DNA from: Azolla caroliniana
Taxonomy: Eukaryota; Plantae; Polypodiophyta
Length of the DNA: 64,000 bases
Reading direction: 5' to 3'
NCBI GenBank assembly: GCA_043228905.1
Contig: JBHGNT010000007.1
Span: 14,012,001-14,076,000 of the forward strand
The translations under genes were made by a program, and so were the position numbers. Below the pieces are notes generated by a model that was not told where the DNA came from, did no database searches, and was given only the letters and a program-made list of their open reading frames with translations. Below are positions 12,301-24,594 of this stretch, piece by piece (within the stretch, counting starts at the first letter, position 1; every line of letters begins with the position of its first letter).

Positions 12301-14863
12301 GAGTTTGTGTGGACTACCGGAAACTCAATGCGGCTACAGTAACGGATGCGTTTCCACTTCCGTTCACAGATGGAGTGTTGGATGCCGTCTCCGGCCATGA
12401 GGTCTATAGCTTTCTAGACGGATTCAGTGGGTATAATCAGATCCGGATGCACCCCGATGACCAAGACAAAACGGCTTTCGTCACCGAATGGGGGGTGTTT
12501 GTGGCCATGGTGATGATGTTCGGACTCAAAACGGCACCGGCAACATTTCAACGAATCATCATGGAAATCCTTGGTGAATATATCCCGGCTTTTATGCAGG
12601 TTTTCCTTGACGATTTCGCCATCTATAGCCGGGAGGAGGACCATTTTCGGCACCTCCGTCTTTGTCTAGAAAAGTGTAGAGCGTACCGGCTAAGCTTGAA
12701 TCCGGCAAAGTGTGTATTTGGCGTGTCCAGTGGAACCTTACTAGGACATATTGTGAGCCAAGAAGGCATTGCAGTTGACCCGGACAAAGTGAAAGCCATA
12801 TTAGAAGCATCCACGCCAGCAACGGCAAAAGCATTGAGCCGGTTCTTAGGACAGATCCGGTGGCACAGTCGGATGCTCCGATACTTGGCTGACCTGGCTA
12901 CACCATTGCATGCCGCCGTACATCGGACACCATTCCGGTGAACCGAAACCGAGGATAGGGCGTATAGGGCCCTCAAGGTACTATTGTCGCAAGCACCGGT
13001 AGTGCAGCCTCCAGATTGGAGTAAAGAATTTCATGTGTTCGTGGACGCCTCCGACATCACAATCGGAAGCGTACTGATGCAGCTTACGAAACCAAAGTGG
13101 TACCGGCCAGTGTACTATCCCAACCGAAAGCTATCCCAAGCGGAACGGAACTACTCTACCACGGAACGGGAAGCTCTAGGGATGATCTACAGTGTGACAA
13201 AGTTTCGGCATTATTTATTGGGAAGGAAGTTTTCCTTCCATGTAGATCATTCGGCACTCCTTTACCTGGTGTCCAAGGCGTCACTCACTGGTAAGTTGGC
13301 CCGGTGGACCTTACTATTACAGGAATTCGAGTTTGAAATATTCCACCGACCCGGTATACAACATGTCGTGGCGGATTACTTAATCTGATTAGAGTCCGGA
13401 GAGACGGGGGATGGAGTAGCGGACGAGTTTCCGGATGCGGAGCTGTTTCGAGTCACTACGGAAACGGCAGCAGATGAGACGGTGGCACAGGAAGACAAGT
13501 GGCTCACAAACATGCACCAGTTTCTGAGCACAGGACTGCCTCCGGAAGAGATGAACCGGGACAAAAGGAAACGCCTCGCAGTGCAAAGCCGACATTTTTG
13601 CTTACTGCAAGACACACTTTACCACAAGGGCGCGGATGGCATATGGAGACGGGCTGTGCGCAGCGATGAAAAGGACCTCATACTGAGGGAAGCCCACTGC
13701 GGAGTTGCCGGAGGTCACTATGCCGGAGATGCGACGGCATGGAAAATATGGCAAAGCGGCCTATGGTGGCCAATGATATTAAGAGATGCGGTACGGTACG
13801 CAAAAGAATGTGACCTATGCCAGCAAATGGGCCAGCCAATGAAGCAGGCTCGTATGCCACACCAGCCGGTACTACCACTCGAGCCATTCCAGAAGTGGGG
13901 GCTGGACTTTGTTGGACCGTTCAAACCACTGGCAATGAGAACAGGTAATCGGTACGTCATCGTCGCGATGGATTACTACACGAAATGGGTGGAGGCCAAA
14001 GCCTTAAGAGACAACACCGCTGTCTCAACGGCAAAATTTCTATACGAGTACATCTGGTGCCGTTAAGGATGCCCGATCGAATTAATAAGCGACCAAGGGG
14101 GGCACTTTCTCGGCCAAGTAGTTGAAAGCCTGATGACATTCTATGTCGTTGTCCATAAACGGAGCACACCATACTATCCGCAAGCAAACGGGTTAGCAGA
14201 ATCGACGAACAAAACGCTCCAGAATATCCTCCGGAAGATCGTCAACGAAAACGAACGGATTGGGATACCAAGCTACATAGCGCGCTTTGGGCATACCGGA
14301 TGGCATATAAAACGAGCATCCGAACAACACTGTTCCGGTTAGCGTTCGGACTAGAGGCAGTAATGCCGGTGGAATTCCAAGTACCCAGCTTACGGATCCA
14401 GCTACGGGAACGGCTAAATGAGAAGGAGTCGGAGGCAATACGGTTAACAGCGCTGTGTGAACTCGAGGAGCAACGACTGGCAAGCATCCTGCACTTAGAA
14501 TTGGACCAACGGCGACGGAAATCATTTGTCGACCGGCACAGGAAAGGAAATGAAAAAATGTTTGCAATCGGCAAGCCGGTGTTAGTATTTCAGACCCGGA
14601 TGGGCAAGATGCCGGGTAAACTACGGTTTAGATGGACCGGTCCGTATTGGCTGACACGTGAGTATAATGGGTCCTACCAGTTAGGGACACTTGTCGGCGA
14701 AGTGCTAGGAAAATGGGTCAACGGATTCCGATTGAAGCCATATAGAGGACCGATGCCTAAGAACCCATTTGAGCAAAGGACCGACACAGGCGAGGAAATG
14801 GCAACCTGTGAGGGGAACGGCAACCACCAAGTCGGAGGAGACGGCAAGCTGGTAACAGGGTAG
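9367..14863 (+). pseudogene. gypsy B gag-pol pseudogene
   Basis: gag (DPDAEAHVHAFEQTWEANH), CCHC knuckles, protease VIDGGSGVN, RT VFLDD, RNase H DASD..NYSTTEREAL, integrase HHCC + GLDFVGP. Several stops and frameshifts. Confidence 0.94.
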
Positions 14864-15310
14864 AATGAGGCGACGGCAAACCGTAATGAAGCCGGTAAGG
14901 GTCCGATAGGACCAACGGACAACTAACCTCACACCACATTAAAATTTAATAATAATAATAATAATAATAATAAAGCGAACTAATCATGCAAAAGCGAGGT
15001 ATGAATGGACGAAACAGCGAGGAGCGAAAAGGTACGTAGTGGGCATTTAAGCGCCACCACAGGACATAATGCTATTTTAGTACACGACGTGCACACACTC
15101 GAAAAAGGCGCCAGAATGCACAGAGAAAAACCACTGCACATGGAGACCCTCTACTTTCGCGAACCCAGGAGCACAGAAGCACCAAGGCGCTGCAAGATCA
15201 TCAGACGAGAACCTACGCACAGAGAACCCCCGCCTTCTGAACTCTCTCTCTCTCACTCTCACTCTCATCACCATCCAACCTCGTCACCACAATCCGACCT
15301 CGACACAGAC

Positions 15311-17311
15311 ATGGACCCGCAAACGTTGTCGGAAGCCGCCAAGAAATGGCTAAAGCAACACGGGCTCGAGGGCTTCTTGACGATTATGGAGGCACCGCCA
15401 CACAAAGAAGCCGACAAGGTGATCAAAGAAATCGACACAAAGGTCATAACGGATGAGGCGATCCGTGCGTTAACAGGCCTTCCGGAGGGAGGCATATTCA
15501 CGATTGACAATCCGACCTCGGAGCAACTCATCAAGTATTTTGGTGAGTACTCCCTAGCCAGCAAGGGCTACCGGACACAGGGCGGCGGAGATATGTTGTT
15601 CCGCGAGATTGCCCGTGTGCTCCACGAATACGGCCATGTGTACCCCAGACCCCCTGTCATGCCGTAGAACCGGGCAAGGATGATCATCGCCACCTATGAA
15701 AGGATCAAGGTGGACTGGCCGGTATTGATCGCAGACAGTTTGTGTGTGGCGATCGAGATTGTCAGAGGAAAAGACGGCAAAGAAGGCCGAGAAGGACGGA
15801 GGATATGGCACGCAGTAACGCAATGGCTCACCTTGCTTGTGCCACCCGTCGAGCCCGTACAGCCCAAGAATCGGGGAAGAGTGGCGGACGGCACCCCAAA
15901 GACGGCTTCCAAAAGACAACAGTTGTTGGCCTCTAAGGCCACTAAGGGGAAGGTGGCGAACGTAGAACAGGCGGGAAAGGAGAGCGCCAGCCGGAAGTGG
16001 CCAACGGACGCACAGGAGGAACCACCGGCACGGCCCGTAAAGGTTACACTTCGCCGACCGGTGAATAGAGATGCGGACCCTTTAGCGGCAAAACTCAATG
16101 CCGGGACTCACGAAGAGGAAATAGAGGAGGAGCCTACGGAGCACCTCCAGCGACGGTCGTCGGCAAGGACCGTTGAGGCAGCCGGGAAACGTTCGGACCC
16201 TTAGACGGAGGGAACACCGGCTCCCCATACTGAGACTCACACGCCAAGGGAGGAATCGGAACCGGTGCGCACGGCACCGGAACCAGAAGCCCCTACACCA
16301 CCGGCAACACCGGCAAGTCCCATCCCGCCAGAGCCGGAAAGGTCAATGCAGCCTCCCTCGGCCAACCAAGAAGAAGTGCAAGGGGAACTAGGACAGCAGG
16401 GTGGTCCACAGGCAGAAACGGAATTGCAACTCGGCACAATCAGGCGGGACCACCCATCTACAAGCGAGCCCATCTGTCAAACCTCCGTGCAAGCACAACA
16501 ACAATGCACCGGTAGCCCGTGGCTCCGGTGGATAGGCAAACAAATTGCCGGAGCAGTGGGGTATATTGAGGTGGAAGAAAGAGCGCAAAGCGAACGGTTG
16601 CTCGTCACAACCGAACAACTAGAGACAGCCCGGTCCAGAATCCGGTGCCTTGAAAAAGACTTGGATCAGGTCACGGCAGAGATGGCCAAAATGGCCTTAA
16701 CGGCAACACAGATCCAATCACCGATGACTCTGATAAGTGTACAAAATAAAGAAACGGATCAACCTGTACATACCAATAAGACCCAGGCAACGGAAACCGT
16801 TCCAGAGAGAGATGCGGCGCAAGCCCAGGAGCTTGTGGAATTGAGAGATGAACTTGCCGCACAAGAAGCGCTAAGGAGTCGGGAACGGGAATTGAAGACA
16901 GCGGCTGAATCAGAATTAAAGAAGACTGTTGAGAACCTCCTGTTGGAAGACAAGTCCCTTCGAATGGGAAGGGAGAAGAACAGTGCCGACGAACAAACTC
17001 AGCCGAGGCCGAAACGGTATGAACCGGATGGGGAGAACCCGACTTCGGAGAGTCGGATGGTGGAGGCCCGGTATGAACCGGATGAGGAGTACCCGACTGC
17101 GGAGAGTCGGATGGTGTAGGCCCGGTATGAACCGGATGAGGAGTACCCGACTGCGGAGAGCCGGATGGAGCCAATCGAGGCTACATTTGTAAATAGCCGA
17201 AAAGTCATATTAGTATAAATATGACTTAGGGCAAACTTTTAGTTACTGTTGTCATTCTCGTTGTTAATTTTTCTTGTTGGTGCAAGAACAAATCAGAGCG
17301 CGTAACTGTAC

Positions 17312-17342
<31 letters not shown>

Positions 17343-18841
17343 CGAGGTCGTTGCCTCTGTTGTAACCGCCGCCTGTGGCGAAGATCTGAGAACACGAGGT
17401 CGTTGCCTCAGTGATCTCACTGTTGTATATTTCTGCATAGTGACAGTTTGCAGCTCGTGGGCTGCCGTGGTTTTTCCCCTATTTTGGGGTTTTCCACGTA
17501 TACCTCCTGTGTACCATTTCTCCTCTTCTTTTTTCTTTTGTGTCGCGTTTCATTACCTGTTTTCTGTGTATGAAAAGAATCTCGGTTGTGGCCGAGCGTC
17601 GGACATAAGGAACGTCGAGTTCCCAACACCTCCGTCGGGCAGAGGAGAGCCTCCGGAAAGGCCATCAAGCGTACGACCGGCTAAGGGAGGAAAAAGACAA
17701 AGTGCTGCAGGAAAAGGACAAAGTGCTGCAGGAAAAGGACAAGCTGCGGAAGACGGCAAAAACGGAAATTGAACGGCTAAAGGAAGAGCTCCGCCAGCAG
17801 AAGGACCGCGAGGACCGGGCCCGTCGACAGATCAACGCACGGCTCAAGCAAAAGACAGATGATTTTGAGCACCTGGACCGGGACTTCAAACGGCTGGAAA
17901 CGGAGCATAAGGAATGGATGGCCGAACTCCAGCAGGAAGTTGATCGGGCCGCAACGGCGATCGCCGACGAACGTGCGGAAAATACAAGACGGTTGGACGA
18001 GGCGGAGAAGGTCCGGATAGAGCTACAGAGGCAGCAGCAGGAAGAAAAGGAGAGAGCGTCAACGGTATTGCAGAAATTACAAAGCACATATCAAAGGCAA
18101 TTGACGCATTACAAGGAGCAGGCGGAAGACAACGTCAAAATCATCAAGCAATTGAAGGAGGAACGGCAAGCGGCGGAGATCAAATCGCAATTGGGAACGG
18201 GCCGGATTCAGTGCATCCTCCGGGCATGGTTGAATCAGACAAAACACTTGATCGACGAAAGCTCCGTAAGATAGTGGACAAAGTGGGCACAAAATGCGGC
18301 GGAACTCCAATTGCTACGGGCAGACGTGGCAAACCGGCGGAAGGAAGGAGATGATTGTTACACGTTGACTTCCGAGGACTTCACCGCCATACGAGACGAG
18401 CTGGCCGACGACTTCCAAGTCTTGGCGGATGAACAGCTGGCGCAGGTCCGGCAACTTGTAGCTCAGCTAGACGATTATAGGCTGGACGCTCAAATCCAGT
18501 TTGAAAGCTACGAGCGGTCCCGGATTCGGGAAGAAAAAGCACGGGAAGCGGCAACGGTTAACCTTAGTGATGAGGACCCATTGCCGGCCGAGGGCTAGGT
18601 TGGAACCAGTCAACCAGAAACCACTACGATGGAGGGAGTAACGACAGAAACGCCGGTGTCAGAGCAACAAATGGAGGAGCAACCGCAACAGCCACCAAAG
18701 GACCCGTCGCAGCAGCCATCAACAGAGCAGCAACAGCAGCAGCAACAACCACAACAACAACAACAACAACAACAACCAATTCCAGATGAACCATTGGAGA
18801 CTCTCGAACAAAGCATTCTGGATATTTTGGACGAAGAATAG
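15311..18841 (+). pseudogene. gypsy B extra sense-strand 3' ORF (about 950 codons without the inserted LTR): PMD/transposase_32-like N-terminus, disordered linker, long coiled coil, polyQ/acidic tail
   Basis: ORF pieces 15311-15667, 15680-16204, 16265-16940, 17702-18274, 18311-18598, 18629-18841 lie between the integrase and the 3' LTR. Motifs ITDEAIRALTGLPEGG and KVDWPVLIADSL. Confidence 0.75.
16941..17628 (+). mobile_element. Solo LTR of copia family X (688 bp)
   Basis: TGTTGG..CCAACA ends, perfect TSD CCTCC (16936-16940 / 17629-17633), homologous to the LTRs of 57033-62765. Contains a 54-bp tandem repeat at ~17016-17170. Confidence 0.93.
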
Positions 18842-18876
18842 CAAGGGTCGGATGTGGATTCGACGTACAAGGTACT

Positions 18877-18893
18877 GTCCCACGGGCGTGCCA
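18877..18893 (+). promoter_or_regulatory. tRNA-Arg 3'-end-like motif (inverted PBS) at the PPT position of gypsy B
   Basis: GTCCCACGGGCGTGCCA ends 2 nt before the 3' LTR; no purine run adjacent to the LTR. Confidence 0.7.
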
Positions 18894-18895
18894 TG

Positions 18896-19309
18896 TGTTA
18901 CCGGCCGGCAAAGGAGTCAAGAGTGTGAAACAGGGAGTTATTTAATTGTTAGGAATGGCTGTAAGTAAGCTATGAGTGTGGACGGACGAACCGGAATCGG
19001 TATGCCGTTCCGAATCCGGACCGATCCCGAACAGGTGCGGATGGCACCGTTTTGTAATACATACCGGAAACCTATTTAAAGGCCCGGATACAATGTAATG
19101 AGCAGCGGTTAATTAATAAAGCTTAGTGTTGTTATCTCTCTGTGTTAATTGCCGTTCTGCATTCATTGTTATATCTTACGCGTGTGAATATTAAGGAAGA
19201 TCATGTTAAGCAACCTAATTAAGTTGGATTAATCGTTGAGTCTAATCCTCTTGCCGTAACACCCCTTTGGTGAAGTGTCTTTCGTAGACACCCTGTGTTA
19301 GAGTTAACA
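18896..19309 (+). repeat. 3' LTR of gypsy B (414 bp)
   Basis: Direct repeat of 8881-9313 with a 19-bp deletion near its end. Confidence 0.95.
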
Positions 19310-22300
19310 GGAACTGGACCAATACATGGTCAGCAGCTACGGGGGATAGGCAGATTTAGGGGGGAGTACTTATAGCTATGAAAGCTAAGTTTACTATTGA
19401 TTGTACAAGCAGGGGGAGTTTAATAGAGGGTCGTGATGTCTACATAAGGATAAAACATAGTTGTGGGCACTTGGGCATACTGAACATATATGCCCCAAAT
19501 TCAGTTGCTAAAAGACGAGAATTCTGGTTGCAATTACAGTGGCCAAGAAGCCAGATACTGAGTTGTGGATCATTGGAGGAGACTTTAATATGGTGGAGCA
19601 TCCAGAAGATAGAAGAGGCAATGCAAATGGCATGGTGCAGGGGGTGGAGAAGTATGCATGGGATAAGTTTTGTTTAGCATATAATGTGATAGACTGTTGA
19701 AATGCACCTAATTTTCAAATGCAAAAAGAAAAATTTCTTCGATACTCTAGAGTAGGAGGAAGTGTGCATGGGCGGACGATGTCCAGGTTGGACAGATGGT
19801 ATTTGGACCCTCGACTCATGGATAGGAAAGGCAAATGCATTATTTGTTTGGGTACAATGTTCTCTGATCATGCCCCAATTTGTTGCACATACAAGAAAAC
19901 AATCGATGCAAGCCACATAATGTGAAAGTGTGCAAGGAATTGGTTATGGATATTAAATGGATCGATGATATACGGAAAATATGGTCTAATATCAAATGGA
20001 GGTACCTTGACCCTGCTCATAGGCTAGCTGGGAAACTTGAGGCATGTGCACGTTTTTTTCAACATAAAGCGATTGAAATTAGAAAAGAGATAAGGGAGAA
20101 AATGCAGAGAATGCAATGGTCGCTCGTTTCTATGCAACGACTAAGAGAATTATACCCACATAATGTATGGATTGAAGCTCGACTAGAGGAGGCCAAAAGA
20201 AAATTAGAGATGTACCAAAAACTTAGGAGTACTTATGCGTATTGAAGTAAGGCAACAAGCTGGATGAGGGTAGGAAGGATTTTTTGAAGCTGTTAAATGC
20301 AAAGGATCCGGGATTCAACCTTCATGCTTAAAAAAGATAGATGGCACAATGACCACATGCAAAGAGGAAATGCTTGAAATAGCCACAAGCTATTATACTC
20401 AACTACTAAGTGTATGCAATGAGGAACTAATTGATCAGGTTGCCTTCAAAAATATAATAAATAGGATACATAAAGTTACAACTCAGATGATGGACCGACT
20501 AAATACCCCTATAGGTATGCATGAATTGTGGGATGCTATTGGCGATATGAACACACAAAGCTGTGCAGGAATTGATGGACTTCCTATATACTTTTACATC
20601 CAATATTGGGATCTAATTAAGGATGACATGCTGGCAAGGATGCAATACATTATGGTAGAAGGATTAATGCCCACAACAATGTGTAGAGGCATGATTTATT
20701 TAATACCCAAGGTTGGTAAAGACCTAACAACGCTTGATAATTGGCGACCATTGACGATTCTCACCAATGCATATAAGATAATGGCCAAAGTCGTAAGTAA
20801 GAGATTGAAAATGGTTCTTGGGGACATTATACATACAACGCAAACTGGCTTCCTGGAAAACCGGAGCATTGTTGACAATGTGATAACATTCTGGGAATAC
20901 TCAACATGGGTGGAGGAGCAAGAAGTGGACCTAGCAGTAATGCTACTCGACTTCGAAAAAGCTTATCACAGGATTTCATGGGATTTCCTAGAAGCGGTGA
21001 TGGCAGCCCTAGGTTTTGAACAACAATGGATCCTTGGAATGAGTGCCTTTTACAGAGGTGCATCCAGCCAGGTGTTAATGACTGGAAGTATGGGGAAGAG
21101 CTTTAAGATGCTACGTTCGGTACGCCAAGGATGCCCATTGGCCCCATATTTATACATCATTGCAGCAGAAGCTTTGCATTATCAAATTGCTAATAGATCT
21201 TGGCAAATACAAGGCCTTACCTTGCCCGATAATGAAGGTATGGTGCTTGATACGGCATATGCTGATGACACAATGACCTATGTCAAAGGTGATGCACACA
21301 ACTTGGGCAGATTGCAAAATGCAATTGATGAGTTTTGTAGGGGATCAGATGCTAAAATAAATTGGAATAAATCTATGGGCATTTGGATCAGTAATAAGCC
21401 CATGTTAAATTGGGTCCCCGACCCCAATTTTAGATGGTTGAGGAAAGGAGAAGCTACAAGATACTTGGGCTTCAAAATTGGTATGGACATCGATCGAGCA
21501 AAACATTACAATCTACTAATGGACAAAATAAAAGCGAAGTTAATATGGTGGAATGCAAGAAAACTATCCTTTGCGGGCAAGATTGTGATTGCAAATCAGA
21601 TTCTAATGGCCACTATTTGGCATACTGCTACATGCTGGATAATCGTGCCCAAGTCGATGAAATTGATAAAAAGGATTATCAGAAATTTCTTATGGGGGGG
21701 GCACGGAGGAAAAACAGGCCTGTGCAAAGTTTGCTTGGACCATGCTTATAAAAAGGAAAAGTGAAGGTGGGGTAGGATTGATAGATCCCATGGTGCAAAC
21801 GAAGGCCTTGCTAGGCAAACTAGTGGTCAGGAGCCTACAACCTCCTGAGGCACCTTGGAAAGTTCTATGGCGGCGTAGATTGAGGATGTGGTTGCCGAGA
21901 CAAGGTGGACGTTGGCCAAGCAGCCCATTTTGGGGCTTTGTGCCAGAAATGAGACCCAAATATTGGGGAAGTATGCAGAGTCACTGTGTTATTGGAATTA
22001 TGAAAGCATGGCAAGAAATCAGAAAGGGGATCACATGTAGGTGGAGAAATGATGCATATGCACGGATGTACATGCCAATTGTATGGAACCCATTGATTAG
22101 AGATATGGATGGGCTAATGATAGGCCAAAAAGCAGGTTTCAAATGGGCTAAGTTAATCAATGCCCAAGGGAATGCATTAGTGGAGAGGGAGAGGTTTTTG
22201 TCCAATGAGGTGGGCACTCAAAAGGCTAGAATATGGAGAATAAGCAGGGGTAAAGGCATGCTCAAGAGAATTACAGATGCCATTGCATGCTACAGGAATA

Positions 22301-24594
22301 CCGTGGAAGAGGAAGAAGTAACAACCTCTGAAATTGCATGGACAAAACTTTTAGATGCCGAGAACTGTTTAATTGGCATTAAGGGAATGAAAATAGAATC
22401 AAATGAGGTATTCTACTACAAACTAGAGCACAGAATGGTAAGAGTTGAGCAACCAACCTTTCAAAGAGAAAGGCCGATTAGGCTAATCGCAAAAAGTGGC
22501 AAGAATATGATTATTAACCCTAAACCAACGGAGATCACACCAGCAACAGTGTGTTGGCCTATACAAGGGCATTTGGATCAGTTATAAGGGGACCCAACGA
22601 TGTATTGTTGGAGAACTCAAAGACGAACTGATGGGGAAAAGCTAGTTAAATTTTTTAGGTATAACACGAAGATTGGGAGGCAAATTATTCTAGAACAAGA
22701 ACACGACAAGATTGCAACAAGGAAATTTTGGATACAGGAGGGCATTAGTGAAATGAGACTAGATAAATTCTGGAAAACGATATGGCATGACAGATATGAC
22801 CGCAAGATAATGACCGCAAGATAATGATGTGTTTATGGCTTATTGCACATAGAGCCTTGCCGGTAGGGACGTGGGGTAAAGGCCCCAATGTAGACCCTAG
22901 ATGTATTGCATGTGGATAGATAGAAAGCATTTCCCATTGTCTATGGGAATGTCGCGAGGCAGTGGTTGTATGGGGAAGGCCACTACGTTTGCTTTGCCAT
23001 GCCTCTAGTTCGTTCACCCTCAACTGGGGGCATGCTTGTTGGATTTGTCTTGAGGATGATGTGGCGAAATACGATGGCATGTGTGATGCTAAGTACATAG
23101 GGGAGAATGGCATCATGCGGTTGATCACTAACAACAGGGTACCTACAACTTGTGCACAGAATCAAAAACTTGGAGATTTTTGGATGTTGCTTGGCCCCAT
23201 TACTATATGGTATATATGGACAGCAAGGTGTACCAGGGTATTTTCAGCACACAAACGCCCCCTAGCTGAATCGATTAAGCTAATCTGGCACACATTAATA
23301 ACTACACTAAGAGCTCAATATGAGCGTATTGATGGTACTAATGATGTCGCAGAACTAATGAGGCTGAATTTTTGAAAGCAGTGGTGTACTACACCGATGG
23401 CCGCAGCAAATGGAATGGATATACTATGGAGGTATGAAGTAACCAAATGGTTGTTCCCCCCCTCCCATTAGATGAACAAGGGGGGTGAAAGACATGGCAT
23501 GTGGGATAGTGAATGTAGGTGATGTGCATGAAAGGATGGCTAGAGCCATATGTGAAAGTGTAAGATAAATAAGCAAGATCTCTTGTGTAGGATAGGATAG
23601 TCTTGGCTCGGCCTTCCCGAGAAAGGGATCGAGTTTGTGTATATTTTAACTAAAGGAGTATATTCTTTTTTGGAAAAAAATATATATACAAGAAGACTAC
23701 ATTAGGCTTATAACAATCAAAGCACTATAATGCCAAAGGGTATGCAAGCAAGAAGGAAAATTCCACAAAGTACTTGAACCTAAATTCTTTATTTACATAG
23801 ACATACAACGGGCCTAGGGTCAATAACATGGAGAATTGACTAATTGTAGAGACATTACAAATAAAAAAAGCACATGGAGACAAGGATATTCATGAACAAA
23901 TGCCTATTCTCAATGTTGCATATAGTGCTTCAAATGAACCTCAAGGGAATAATCACAACAATTACTACAATGAGTCATACTTGAAAGGTCAAGTGACCTC
24001 TAGCCACATCCTTTCCTCTCACATTGTTTTGGATTTTCTTGAACCAATCCTCAATTAGATAATTTTCACAATGATCTAACTCTTACAAGCCAATCACCTT
24101 TGATTTTGCTATTATCATAAATATATCAAACTTCCAACAATATTTAATTTCAAAAAGAAAAATGCCACTTGCAAAATGCTATGTGAAAATCATCACTTGA
24201 TGATGTTTTGATAATGTAACAATGAAAAAGGCTCTTGATTTCGATATATATGTACCTACTGATAACCAAGTATAGACTAATGCCTGCAAATGTTATCACA
24301 AAATAAAGATTGCACCAGAAGAATTTAATTGCATTGTTTAAGATCTCAAAAACTTTCTGAAAATACATCTAAAGATAATGAGAAGGTAATGATTGTTCAC
24401 AAAGATTTAACTGCATCATTTTAGATCTTGGAAACTTTTTAATTGCATTGTCTATAATACATAACTTGTTTCAAGTTATAGGAATGATTGCTGCAACACC
24501 CAGAAAAAACATAGCAATGTCACATCTAGACATTCGACGATGGGGAGCATTGAAAAGCAATGAAGGAAAATGTAATGGAAAGAATGTATGCTAT

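Larger units (their letters stand above)
8881..19309 (+). mobile_element. Full-length Ty3/gypsy LTR retrotransposon B (non-chromovirus) with extra 3' ORF
   Basis: LTRs at 8881-9313 and 18896-19309. Perfect TSD GGAAC (8876-8880 / 19310-19314). PBS-like TGGTGACCAC at 9321-9330. Confidence 0.96.
8117..23680 (+). mobile_element. L1-clade LINE (8117-8880 joined to 19315-~23680), split by gypsy B and cut at its 5' side by gypsy A
   Basis: ORF1 tail ends at 8695, overlapping the ORF2 ATG at 8692 (MNLSLLTWNIQG, APE endonuclease). Continues NIYAPN..SRLDR..SDHAP after 19315. RT 20349-21764 (LDFEKAY, RQGCPLAP, YADD), Cys-rich zf-RVT region ~22830-23470, A-rich end near 23675. Confidence 0.92.

Noticed and set aside
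15311-18841. env gene / endogenous retrovirus
   Set aside because: No signal peptide or transmembrane stretch is visible; the protein is hydrophilic coiled coil.
8881-19309. Element actually transcribed from the minus strand, making the inverted PBS the real one
   Set aside because: gag-pol, the extra ORF, LTR TATA/AATAAA and a PBS-like site after the left LTR are all on the + strand, and no PPT lies next to the left LTR on the minus strand.
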